Below are positions 50,573 through 58,979 of a stretch of 64,000 nucleotides of DNA, piece after piece. How positions within the stretch are numbered: position 1 is the stretch's first letter; each line of letters starts with the position of its first letter. Source of the stretch: an archaeon (GTDB lineage: Archaea; Micrarchaeota; Micrarchaeia; Anstonellales; Anstonellaceae); the NCBI GenBank assembly GCA_020056635.1, contig JAGVHI010000004.1, positions 2,782 to 66,781 on the forward strand, given 5' to 3'. The position numbers and the translations under genes are program-made. A model generated the notes under the pieces. That model had not been told where the DNA came from, ran no database searches, and worked only from the letters and a program-made list of their open reading frames with translations.

Positions 50573-50604
50573 ACCTTATCAGCGAGAGTTATGAATAAAT
50601 AGCT

Positions 50605-51387
50605 TTACTTTTTCTTGAAAACAGCCGGCTTTCTCGCTTCGGGTGGCATTGCAGCCGCTTTTGCTGCAGGTTTTGCGCTTTCCTTTGCTTCGGGTTTGAG
50701 TGTGAGAGCTTGGTTTTTTGCATCCGCTTTTTTCCCATCCGCCATGGGCTTTATTTCTTTTATTTCGGGAATGTACGCCTTCACTGATGCAAGAAGCGAC
50801 TGCTCCATGATCGCCTGGTCAGGGGTTTTGTCGCGGTTCAAAAACCGGATTTCAAGCGAGCTTCCGGAAATTTTGTATTCCGCCTCAAGGAACGCGGAAT
50901 CGAGCAGCGCCTGCACCTTCTTCCCAGTATCCGAAATTACTTCCTCAAGCTTAATCGAGTACACCACGTTCTCGCCTGCAAGAGGGTGGTTCAAATCAAC
51001 GGTCACGCGCCCGCCTGCAACAGATTTTACCTTTGCAGCCAGCCGGTTGTCAAGCGCCACCATCATCCCAGGGGAGGGGTTCACCCCCTGGGAGTGGAAC
51101 TTTGAAAGCGGGATTACGCGCACGAGCTCCGGGTTGCGCTCCCCGAACGCCTTGTTGGGGTGAAAAAGGAAGCTCTCCTGCTTTCCAGGGGAAAGCGTGC
51201 GGACTGCCTCCTCAATCCCGCGTATCATCTGCCCTAAGCCCAGCGCCACCACTTTCTGCCCGTACCTGCCCTTCAGTGCGTATATGCCTGCCTGCTTTGC
51301 AAGGGGCTCGTCCGTGGTCTCGAATACCTCCCCTGTCGAGGCAAGCTTGCCTGTGTATGTGATTTTTACAAAATCGCCGTTCTTCAT
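50605..51387 (-). CDS. FKBP-type peptidyl-prolyl isomerase (SlyD-like, with an insert-in-flap domain) and a K/A-rich C-terminal tail
   Basis: 'MKNGDFVKITYTGKL..GEVFETT', 'LGLGQMIRGIEEAV' and 'GGRVTVDLNHPLAGENVVYSIKLEEV' are archaeal FKBP/SlyD patterns. ATG at 51387. Confidence 0.8.
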   Translation of the reverse strand: MKNGDFVKITYTGKLASTGEVFETTDEPLAKQAGIYALKGRYGQKVVALGLGQMIRGIEEAVRTLSPGKQESFLFHPNKAFGERNPELVRVIPLSKFHSQGVNPSPGMMVALDNRLAAKVKSVAGGRVTVDLNHPLAGENVVYSIKLEEVISDTGKKVQALLDSAFLEAEYKISGSSLEIRFLNRDKTPDQAIMEQSLLASVKAYIPEIKEIKPMADGKKADAKNQALTLKPEAKESAKPAAKAAAMPPEARKPAVFKKK

Positions 51388-51455
51388 CAAAACCGCCCTT
51401 GCGCGGGCAAACCATTTCTGCAATATTATTAATCTTGCCCGAGCAAGCTACTTTT

Positions 51456-52634
51456 ATGGACAAATCATTATTAATCAAATTGGCAGTAGTCGGAATAATT
51501 CTCGCGTTCGTGATTCAGACTTTTGCATTCGGCATGCTCAACAACCCGAATTCCGGGATAGGAGGGGGCGGGAACGCGATAAGCAATGTGGCATTCCAGG
51601 GGACCGTGGTAGTGCCTGCAACAGTGACCTCGTACAAGCCGGTGATTATTTTGCAGGGAACCAGGGGGCAGGTTGCAGAGGCGGTAAAGCCGCTTGTTGC
51701 GTCCGGTGCCGTCATTTACACAGGAGAGCCGGACGAGGAGAACATGACCCTTGTGAACCTAGCAGGGGATGCGGATGTGAGGGCGGTTGCAAAGAGCCTG
51801 GAAGGCGGGAATGTGACCGTTTATACCACTGCAGTAATCAGCCTGCCATCCAGGTTCAACATCACCACCCCGGAAGGGCAGCGGGAGATAGAAGGGACCA
51901 CCTTCGACCTTGGGACACCAGAAATATTGGGGGAGAATGAAACGCTGCAGATGAGCGTCTACCTCTACGTGCAGAACGGGAAAATAGTGCAGCTCCAGAA
52001 TCCGGTTTTCATGCAGGAGAAAAAGGCGCTTTTGCTTGAGGGGACCGTGTCAGGGGGGGTTGGGGCTAGCTATGCGGTTCTCATACCATTTGAGCAGAGG
52101 AGGATTGATAAGGAAAAGGCAAAGGCGATTTTCAGCGCTGAAAATTATTCCATTGAGATAAAGGAGATATCTTACATAGCGTTCGACCCGCCGCTATCGC
52201 AGGAGCAGCTCTCGAAATTGAATTTCCCGTATGTCACGTATTCCCAGCCTGCAAGCGTCTCGATCAGCCCAACATTTACTGACGGCGCGAAGCTCAGGTC
52301 GGACTTTGAGCTTGCCGGAGTGAATGCCACGCCCCCGTATTCGTTTATCAGAGTGGCGGGGAATGCAAACGAGGATTTGGAAAATGAGAGCGCGAAAATT
52401 GCAGGGCTTGGGAAGCTTGTTGCAAACGAATCGTCCTTGCAGATTGCATACCGCGCAGAGCTATCGCTTCCGGATTATATGGAGCTGGATGGGAAGAGGA
52501 TTACTGGCTTTCCGCAAAAGGTGAATGCCATTGTGGATTCGAAACCTAATATTGGGGATAAGATTTCTGTGACAATAACAGCGTGGGTTTCCGGAAGCAG
52601 GATTGTGAAAATAGAAACGATTGGAACAGGCTAG
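51456..52634 (+). CDS. N-terminally membrane-anchored protein, unknown function
   Basis: 'MDKSLLIKLAVVGIILAFVIQTFAF' is a signal anchor, followed by a soluble region of about 370 aa. No family recognised. Confidence 0.55.
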   Translation: MDKSLLIKLAVVGIILAFVIQTFAFGMLNNPNSGIGGGGNAISNVAFQGTVVVPATVTSYKPVIILQGTRGQVAEAVKPLVASGAVIYTGEPDEENMTLVNLAGDADVRAVAKSLEGGNVTVYTTAVISLPSRFNITTPEGQREIEGTTFDLGTPEILGENETLQMSVYLYVQNGKIVQLQNPVFMQEKKALLLEGTVSGGVGASYAVLIPFEQRRIDKEKAKAIFSAENYSIEIKEISYIAFDPPLSQEQLSKLNFPYVTYSQPASVSISPTFTDGAKLRSDFELAGVNATPPYSFIRVAGNANEDLENESAKIAGLGKLVANESSLQIAYRAELSLPDYMELDGKRITGFPQKVNAIVDSKPNIGDKISVTITAWVSGSRIVKIETIGTG

Positions 52635-53140
52635 CCAAGTTTTGCGAGCAGTGCTTGCAGTTTTTTCCCTTCAAGCATCCTTGAGACTGCGGTTGGCACA
52701 CGGTTCCTCCATTTTTTCCCTGCAAGCATGAGCTTCCTTATTTTGGTCCCTTCAAGCTCAGCGCGGCGCAAATAAGGGGGGATGAGAACTTGGAGCCCTT
52801 TCCCCTCCGCCAGTTTTTTCACAAGGGGGTTTGCGGAAAAAACCGCATCGAAGCGCGGGAGGTTCTTTTGCAAATGTGCGACCCATTTGGAATCGTCAGG
52901 AATGTCGCGTAAGGGAATAATTTTGCAGCGGGAGAGAAGAGAGGGAGGAATGGAGCGCTTGAGCATTTGGATTCTTTCGCTGGCAGAAAATGGATTTTTT
53001 CTGGTTCTGGATTCGTTTGCAGTCCCAACCATGATGATTAGCTGTTTGCACCGCGCAAGCGACCAGCGGATTGCCCCTATGTGCCCCTTGTGAAGCGGCT
53101 GGAAGCGGCCCGGAAGCAGGCCTGTGGGGAATTTTTGCAT
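52631..53140 (-). CDS. Nicotinamide-nucleotide adenylyltransferase (archaeal type)
   Basis: 'GLLPGRFQPLHKGHIGAIRW' (GRFQPxHxGH) and a size of 169 aa. Confidence 0.8.
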   Translation of the reverse strand: MQKFPTGLLPGRFQPLHKGHIGAIRWSLARCKQLIIMVGTANESRTRKNPFSASERIQMLKRSIPPSLLSRCKIIPLRDIPDDSKWVAHLQKNLPRFDAVFSANPLVKKLAEGKGLQVLIPPYLRRAELEGTKIRKLMLAGKKWRNRVPTAVSRMLEGKKLQALLAKLG

Positions 53141-53171
53141 AAGGAAGAAGGGAGATGCGCTGTTAATTAAA

Positions 53172-54728
53172 CTAGTGCTTGAAGTGGCGCAGCCCGGTGA
53201 AAATCATTGCCATGCCACGCTCGTTTGCCGCGTCTATTATATCAGAGTCGCGCAGCGAGCCTCCTGGCTGGCAAAGCGCTGTGACCCCGGCATCCGCAAG
53301 CTCATCCAGTGTGTCGCGGAAAGGCAGGAACGCATCGGAGGAGGCGACCGTTCCGCGCAAATCAAACTTGTTCGCCTTTGCTTTTGCAATTGCAATCCGG
53401 CAGGAGTCAATCCTGCTCATCTGCCCTGCCCCGACCCCGATTAGCTGGTCCGAGTTTGAGATTATCACTGCATTTGATTTGGCGTGCTTTGCGAAAATGG
53501 TCGCGAAGAACATGGAATCCAGCTCCTGCTTGGTGGGGGCGCGCTTGCTCACCACTTTTGCGTCCCTGCTTGAGTAGACCCTGCCGTCCTCCTCCTGGTA
53601 GAGCATGCCGCCTGCCACCCATGAGTAGCGTTTTTTCCGCTCAAGCACTACACCAAGAAGAGACGTGACGTCCAGAATCCTCCTTGCTTCTTTCCGCTTA
53701 AGGTATTCAAGCGCATCGTCATCGTAGCCCGGCGCGACAATCACATCCAGGAACTTGTCCCCTATCACTTCCGCGGTCTCCAGGTCCACGCGCTTGGAGA
53801 ATGCGATTATGCCGCCGAATGCCGCCAAAGGGTCGGTCCGGTACGCCTTTTCGCAGGATTCTGCCAGCGTGTCCGCGGTTGCGCCGCCGCAGGGGTTCGT
53901 GTGCTTAATGATTACAGTTGCAGTGTTGCCGAAGAATTCCTTTATCAGGTCAAGCGCCGCATTCGCATCCACGAAATTGTTGTATGACATCTGCTTTGCA
54001 GAATGGATTTTCGAATCGAATATCGAAATCTTGCCGAGCTGGCGGTACGCCAGAGCGCGCTGGTGAGGGTTCTCGCCATACCGGAGGTCATAGGCTTTCT
54101 GCAACCTAAGCTCGAGGTATTCCGGGAATTCCTCTTGCACCTGCTTTGCAAAATGCCGCGAAATCGCCCAATCGTAATCCGAGGTTCGCGCAAACGCCTT
54201 TAGCATGAGTGAGTAGCGGGTCTTGTCTGAGAGAGCGCCGTTGCCCTCCCTAAGCTCGGAAACAATCGAATCATAGTCCTCTGGGTCGGTGACCACCGCA
54301 ACGTGCTCGAAGTTCTTTGCGGCTGCGCGCAAGAGCGAGGGGCCGCCTATGTCTATGTTCTCAACTATGTCCGATTGGGAGGACTTGTGGTCGGCCGCGA
54401 CCTTCTCGAACGGGTAGAGGTTCACCACCACCATGTCGATTGGCTCAATCCCGTTCTTCTGCGCCTCGTCCTCGTCTGCCTTGTTGCCGCGCCTGAAAAG
54501 AATGCCCCCGTGCACTTTAGGGTGCAGGGTTTTCACCCTTCCCCCGAACATCTCAGGAGAGCCCGTGAATTCCGAAACATCGGTTATTTGCATTCCGGCT
54601 TTCCGGAGTGCAGAGGCAGTGCCCCCGCTGGAGAGTATTTTGATGCCCATGCTGGATAGCGCAAGGCAGAATTGGGTTATGTTGCGCTTATCCGAAACAG
54701 ATATGAGTGCGGTCCGTACCCTCATCAT
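53172..54728 (-). CDS. purH: Bifunctional AICAR transformylase / IMP cyclohydrolase
   Basis: 'ALISVSDK', 'SSGGTA', 'GGRVKTLHPKVHGGIL', 'VVVNLYPF' and 'KHTNPCG' are canonical PurH motifs. Confidence 0.9.
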   Translation of the reverse strand: MMRVRTALISVSDKRNITQFCLALSSMGIKILSSGGTASALRKAGMQITDVSEFTGSPEMFGGRVKTLHPKVHGGILFRRGNKADEDEAQKNGIEPIDMVVVNLYPFEKVAADHKSSQSDIVENIDIGGPSLLRAAAKNFEHVAVVTDPEDYDSIVSELREGNGALSDKTRYSLMLKAFARTSDYDWAISRHFAKQVQEEFPEYLELRLQKAYDLRYGENPHQRALAYRQLGKISIFDSKIHSAKQMSYNNFVDANAALDLIKEFFGNTATVIIKHTNPCGGATADTLAESCEKAYRTDPLAAFGGIIAFSKRVDLETAEVIGDKFLDVIVAPGYDDDALEYLKRKEARRILDVTSLLGVVLERKKRYSWVAGGMLYQEEDGRVYSSRDAKVVSKRAPTKQELDSMFFATIFAKHAKSNAVIISNSDQLIGVGAGQMSRIDSCRIAIAKAKANKFDLRGTVASSDAFLPFRDTLDELADAGVTALCQPGGSLRDSDIIDAANERGMAMIFTGLRHFKH

Positions 54729-54784
54729 TATTACCGAATATATTGCATGATACAGGTTAAAGAAGGTTGCTTATTTTGTCCCTC

Positions 54785-55450
54785 TCAAGGCCCAGCACAT
54801 CTGTCTTCGCAGACTCCGGCTTGGCATGAACAACATATGTCACCATAGCAGCAGCAATCGGTTGCAGCCGTGCAACCCCCGACTCTATTTGGTATGCAGC
54901 ATTTGCTAGAAGAGCAGGAAACATTGGTTGCAGTGCAGCAGTCTCCAACAACTGAGCAGCCGCTCGAGCCCAGCGCGATGCATACCTGAGTTATGCTCGT
55001 TGGGGCGTTGACCGCAAAATTCCTGTTCCCGCCCTGCACGAGGTTTGAAAATGAGGCGGAGTTATATGTGAATGAAACATTCCCCTCATAATAGCCCGAG
55101 CCCGAGCTTATGTTTGCGCTTAGCGATACTGTGGCGCTCCCTCCCGGACTCACGTATATGGAGCCGAGCGAGTAGGATGCATTGCCAAGCGAAATTGTTT
55201 TGAGCACAAGCGATTCGGCTGCATTGTTCTGTATCTTAAGCGAAAGGGTCCCGTTGCTGCCTGCGCTTGCGCCCACTATCGCAAATGGCTGTGTGGAGCG
55301 CCAGTATGCTTCGCTCTGCCTAATCTTTGCATCCTTGCTCAAGCCCGCGTTCCAGGTAAGAAGCGTGGTTGAGGCAAGCGCCACCATCAGCACAACAGCA
55401 AGGAGAATAACGTATTCGGTGGAGGTTTGGCCGCGGAAAGAGAGACCCAT
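54785..55450 (-). CDS. Class III signal peptide (pilin-like) protein with the conserved N-domain and a Cys-rich C-terminus. Minimal member of the giant-protein family.
   Basis: 'MGLSFRG|QTSTEYVILLAVVLMVALASTTLL'. 'SEAYWRSTQPFAIVGASAGSNGTLSLKIQNNAAESLVLKTISL' aligns with the N-domains of the 1,304- and 2,495-aa proteins. C-terminus 'CCTATNVSCSSSKCCIPNRVGGCTAATDCCCYGDICCSCQAGVCEDRC'. Confidence 0.7.
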   Translation of the reverse strand: MGLSFRGQTSTEYVILLAVVLMVALASTTLLTWNAGLSKDAKIRQSEAYWRSTQPFAIVGASAGSNGTLSLKIQNNAAESLVLKTISLGNASYSLGSIYVSPGGSATVSLSANISSGSGYYEGNVSFTYNSASFSNLVQGGNRNFAVNAPTSITQVCIALGSSGCSVVGDCCTATNVSCSSSKCCIPNRVGGCTAATDCCCYGDICCSCQAGVCEDRCAGP

Positions 55451-55491
55451 GCCCAGCTAGGGGGAGGAAAAGTAAAAAAACCGTTGGTAGC

Positions 55492-55767
55492 TTACTTGCA
55501 GACCATCGGGTGGATGATTGCCATGAGCCCGGTGAGGGCTATCCCAAGGCCGACCACGCTCCAGACAGAAACGCCTTTTAGCATGTCGACTAGCTGGAAG
55601 TAGCCAAGCCCGTACGCAAGCAGGATTGCACCCCAGACCAGGAAATACCAGCCGCAGACCTTCCCACCTGCGCAGCTCATGCACGACATCCAGTCGCATC
55701 CGGAGTTGCAGCACTCGCCGCAACATTCAGAATCCATCCCTTTCTTTTTCATAGCCATCAAAACCAC
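55492..55767 (-). CDS. Small membrane protein with a Cys-rich N-terminal segment
   Basis: 'DSECCGECCNSGCDWMSCMSCAGGKVC' followed by two hydrophobic helices. Lies between the pilin-like gene and ccdA. Confidence 0.5.
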   Translation of the reverse strand: MVLMAMKKKGMDSECCGECCNSGCDWMSCMSCAGGKVCGWYFLVWGAILLAYGLGYFQLVDMLKGVSVWSVVGLGIALTGLMAIIHPMVCK

Positions 55768-55816
55768 CTCGGAAGTGCGGGAGATAAGAAGCGCGCTTTG
55801 CTTATAAAGCGATTGC

Positions 55817-56527
55817 TTATTGGAGCCTGAGGGATTTTAGCACGAAAGTAAAATCCGAGAAGCGCGAGAGCTGGCCCGTGAAAACCAGGATGCCAAGCGC
55901 TATGAGAAGTATTCCTATGAGCTTGTTGAAGTAGCCCATGAATTTTCCGTGCCTTGCAACCAGCCCTGCAAATTCGGATGCGAAAAACCCTGCCATCAAA
56001 AACGGGATTCCCAGGCCGAGCGAATAGGAGAAGAGGAGCGCAAACGCCATCCCCGGGCTTGCGACCGCAAGCGTGAGTATGCTGCCCAGTATCGCGCCAA
56101 CGCATGGGGACCAGCCGGCTGCAAAGCTTGCGCCGAACAAAAATGAGGTGAGGTAGGAGTAGCGGGTTTTTTTCACAGGGAGCTTGTATTCCTTCTCGAG
56201 GAATTGGAGCTTGAGAACCCCGAGCACGAAGAGGCCGAATGCGATTATCAAAAGCCCGCCTATGCGCGAAACCAGGCTGCGCAAATCGTACGAGATGCCG
56301 GTGAATGCCTCGTTTAGCAATAGGCCAAGGAAGCTGAATATGAGGGAGAAGCCAAGTACGAAAAAAAGCGCGTTTAGGAAAGTTTTTGTGCGCGCCTGCG
56401 CGGATTTGTCCTTCAGCCCGACACCGGAGAGGTAGGAGAGGAAGCCTGGCAGCACAGGAAGTATGCACGGGGAGAAAAAAGAGACCATCCCGGCAAGGAA
56501 AGCTATTGCAATGTTCACATCTGCCAT
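55817..56527 (-). CDS. ccdA: CcdA/DsbD-family thiol:disulfide electron-transfer membrane protein
   Basis: 'AFLAGMVSFFSPCILPVLPGFLSY' and 'AAGWSPCVGAILG' are the two conserved Cys-containing CcdA motifs. About 6 TM. Confidence 0.8.
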   Translation of the reverse strand: MADVNIAIAFLAGMVSFFSPCILPVLPGFLSYLSGVGLKDKSAQARTKTFLNALFFVLGFSLIFSFLGLLLNEAFTGISYDLRSLVSRIGGLLIIAFGLFVLGVLKLQFLEKEYKLPVKKTRYSYLTSFLFGASFAAGWSPCVGAILGSILTLAVASPGMAFALLFSYSLGLGIPFLMAGFFASEFAGLVARHGKFMGYFNKLIGILLIALGILVFTGQLSRFSDFTFVLKSLRLQ

Positions 56528-56592
56528 TGGACCACAGGTCTGTTCTCCTGCTTTCTTGCAGGTTAAAAAGATTTGCCAGGTAATTTTGGGCT

Positions 56593-56895
56593 ATGCCGTT
56601 TGCCTCTTTCGATTCGATACTCACGCACATGTTCGTGGGAACAAGGGGAGGGGACAATAGGCTTCGGATAATCAAGAAGCTGGAGAGGAGGCAGTTCAAC
56701 CCAAACCAGCTTGTGAAGGAGCTGGGGCTCGATTACAAGACCATTGTGCACCATTTGGAAATACTTGAGGAGAACGGGCTTGTGGAGCGGGCGGGCAACA
56801 AGACATATGGCGGGATATTCTCGATGACGGAATTCGGGAAATCGAACATGGGGCTGATAAACAGGCTTATTCGGGATTTGGGGGAAGGTAAATAA
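56593..56895 (+). CDS. ArsR-family winged-helix transcriptional regulator
   Basis: 'RLRIIKKLERRQFNPNQLVKELGLDYKTIVHHLEILEENGLVE' shows the typical ArsR/SmtB HTH layout. Divergent from ccdA. Confidence 0.7.
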   Translation: MPFASFDSILTHMFVGTRGGDNRLRIIKKLERRQFNPNQLVKELGLDYKTIVHHLEILEENGLVERAGNKTYGGIFSMTEFGKSNMGLINRLIRDLGEGK

Positions 56896-56919
56896 ACAGT
56901 GGTAATCAGAGGTGGTAGT

Positions 56920-57210
56920 ATGCATGAGTTCCTGCAACTGTCGTTTGTATTCGAAGCCGTCACAGCGCTCGCGCTTCTTGTGCTGCTTTACATCTATCTT
57001 CGGAACATCAAGAAAATCAAGTGCCACTTCACCATAGGGCTAGTGGTGTTTGCCGCGCTGCTCTTCCTCAACAGCGTCGGGACGCTGTATACGCACAGCT
57101 GCATGGCCGCCGCGTACCAAAGCGAATTGGTGACGTATGAGATGGTGACTGCGGTGCTCAAGCTTGCTGCAATTGGCGCCCTGCTGTACATCACCTGGAA
57201 GGGAAGCTAG
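56920..57210 (+). CDS. Small membrane protein (3 TM) downstream of the ArsR-like regulator
   Basis: ATG at 56920 preceded by GAGGTGG. Has three hydrophobic segments. Confidence 0.4.
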   Translation: MHEFLQLSFVFEAVTALALLVLLYIYLRNIKKIKCHFTIGLVVFAALLFLNSVGTLYTHSCMAAAYQSELVTYEMVTAVLKLAAIGALLYITWKGS

Positions 57211-57611
57211 AGCTTCTCGTGCTCCTTTTTCATGCATTTATTCATTATTATGAGGAGCCCATGTTTTCTTGCAAGCGCCGCTGCTTCCTCGTTGATTACC
57301 CCTTCCTGCATCCAGACCGCTTTTGCGCCTATTGAAATCGCTTCCTGCACTATTGGCAAAACCGATTCGCTTTTGCGGAAAACATCCACAATTTCTATTC
57401 GATTCTCTTCCGCAGCGTCCGTTAGCGTTGCGTATGATTTCTTTCCGTTCCAGCCGGTGGAAATGAGAGCGGGATTGATTGGGATTATTTCATAGCCGTG
57501 AGAAGAGAGGTATGATGCAACAATTGAGGAGGGGCGGGAGGGGTCTGCTGAGATGCCCACTACTGCAACTGCGCGCATTTTCAGGATTTTTTCAATAACT
57601 GAAGCTGGCAT
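57207..57611 (-). CDS. CoA-binding domain protein (YccU-like)
   Basis: 'MRAVAVVGISADPSRPSSIVASYLSSHGYEIIPINP' and 'VDVFRKSE...GAKAVWMQEG' are typical of the CoA_binding_2 family. Confidence 0.7.
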   Translation of the reverse strand: MPASVIEKILKMRAVAVVGISADPSRPSSIVASYLSSHGYEIIPINPALISTGWNGKKSYATLTDAAEENRIEIVDVFRKSESVLPIVQEAISIGAKAVWMQEGVINEEAAALARKHGLLIIMNKCMKKEHEKL

Positions 57612-57659
57612 GACTAAAAGTAGGGAAGAAGAAAATAAAAAGTAAAAGAGGCGTTCTGC

Positions 57660-58079
57660 TTACGCCTCTAACCTTGAGCGCATCATCTCGAGCATCTGCT
57701 TGTTGCGCTCCACGTCCTTGGGGAAGTGCCTTCCCCTCATGAAGAAGTTCTTCTCTGTGGCCTTTGCCTCGAACATGGAGATGATGAAGTCCTCGGCTTT
57801 CTCAGTGTCGAAATCCTTGCATGAGAATATGTCTACTGACGCATACCCCTTGTCCACGAAAGTGTGGATTGAGATGTGCGACTCTGCTATGAGCACTATG
57901 CCAGACACGCCCCAGTCCTCGGGTTTCAGGCCCGAATATGAGAACACATAGGGCGGCATTATCTTGTGCATCCCAATTTGCTCAGGGAGCGAATCCAGGA
58001 ACGTTGAGACAAAAGCAACGTCTTTCAATTTTTTCTTGTTGCATCCATACAGGTCAAGCGTTAGGTGCGGACCGAACAT
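57660..58079 (-). CDS. speH: S-adenosylmethionine decarboxylase proenzyme (pyruvoyl-dependent, class 1)
   Basis: 'GVSGIVLIAESHISIHTF' contains the E-S self-cleavage site. 'SVDIFSC' and a size of 139 aa also fit. Confidence 0.8.
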   Translation of the reverse strand: MFGPHLTLDLYGCNKKKLKDVAFVSTFLDSLPEQIGMHKIMPPYVFSYSGLKPEDWGVSGIVLIAESHISIHTFVDKGYASVDIFSCKDFDTEKAEDFIISMFEAKATEKNFFMRGRHFPKDVERNKQMLEMMRSRLEA

Positions 58080-58140
58080 TTCTTTCTTTTCCTCCGTAAT
58101 TCCCCTCGGGAATTCACTGGAACTTTGAATCGGGCTTTAT

Positions 58141-58290
58141 TTTTAAATGTATCGCCATTTTGGCAAAAAAGGAACGCTAATAACCGTTCTAATGCAATCG
58201 GGAACGCTAATAACTGTTTTAACTTAATTGAGAGCCTCAATAGCTGTTTTAATGCAAAACGGGGCAGTTATAGCGTTATTTGGCAAAATC
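58141..58290. repeat. About five degenerate tandem units with 30-bp periodicity in the 300-bp speH/MNT intergenic region
   Basis: Units start at 58141, 58171, 58201, 58231 and 58261. Units 2 and 3 share ggaacgctaataacYgttYtaa. Unit 5 contains an inverted copy (cagttatagcgtt). tttggcaaaa occurs in the first and last units. Confidence 0.7.
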
Positions 58291-58382
58291 GGCTCGATTT
58301 CCGTGTGTTTCACTCGGAGGTTTGTTGGCGGGATAAATATGAGAACATTTATAAGCTGGTTCTGTCATAGAACACTCGTTCT

Positions 58383-58979
58383 ATGAAAAAACCGCTTGTT
58401 CGAAAAAAGAACCGCTTGTCCAGAAGTCTTTTCGAGATTGAGGCAGCGAGACAAAGAGTTCTGACTGTTATTTTTCTTTCCCCGAATGAGGAATTCAGCC
58501 TCACGGATTTGGCAAAAACTGCGGGTGTTTCAAAGAGCTCGGCAAGCAGAGTGGCCTGGGAGCTTGAACAGGAGGGCGTGGTCAAGATTATAGAGAGGCC
58601 GATTCTCCTTAGGATAAAGGCGAACAGAGGAAGCGCCCCATATTTGAAGGAAAAGATTGCATTCAATTTGTCCGTCATTTACAGGAGCGGGCTTGTGGAG
58701 GCGCTGGTGGAGAGATTCAACAATCCGAAAGCAATCGTGCTGTTCGGGAGTTTCCGGTGGGGGGACGATATCGCCGGTTCCGATGTAGACATAGCCATCG
58801 AATCAGGGGAACCTAGCGAGCCTGAAATTGTCCGCGTGGATGAGCTTAGGCAACTCGAGGGGCAGATAGGGAGGGAGATTAGGATTTTGATTTTTAATAG
58901 GGACAAATGCGACTTGAACGTGTTCAATAATATTGCGAATGGTATTGTGCTTGCTGGCTTTTTGGAGGTCAGGTCATGA
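58383..58979 (+). CDS. Minimal nucleotidyltransferase (MNT)-type protein with an N-terminal wHTH domain
   Basis: 'VLFGSFRWGDDIAGSDVDIAI' is the G-S-x(n)-D-x-D polymerase-beta-type NTase motif. N-terminal 'FSLTDLAKTAGVSKSSASRVAWELEQEGVV'. Confidence 0.75.
   Translation: MKKPLVRKKNRLSRSLFEIEAARQRVLTVIFLSPNEEFSLTDLAKTAGVSKSSASRVAWELEQEGVVKIIERPILLRIKANRGSAPYLKEKIAFNLSVIYRSGLVEALVERFNNPKAIVLFGSFRWGDDIAGSDVDIAIESGEPSEPEIVRVDELRQLEGQIGREIRILIFNRDKCDLNVFNNIANGIVLAGFLEVRS

Noticed and set aside
51197-51940. 247-aa plus-strand ORF spanning the FKBP start and the downstream gene
   Set aside because: It is out of frame with two better-supported genes (the FKBP motifs on the minus strand and the signal-anchor protein from 51456), and its translation is R/G-rich.
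55758-56699. 313-aa minus-strand ORF overlapping ccdA in another frame
   Set aside because: The ccdA frame (55817..56527) has both conserved CcdA Cys motifs and a TM pattern. The alternative frame is R/P-rich and featureless.
58141-58290. Possible degenerate mini-CRISPR array
   Set aside because: The 30-bp units are contiguous with no unique spacers between them, and they are highly degenerate. No cas genes or leader-like context are present in the window.
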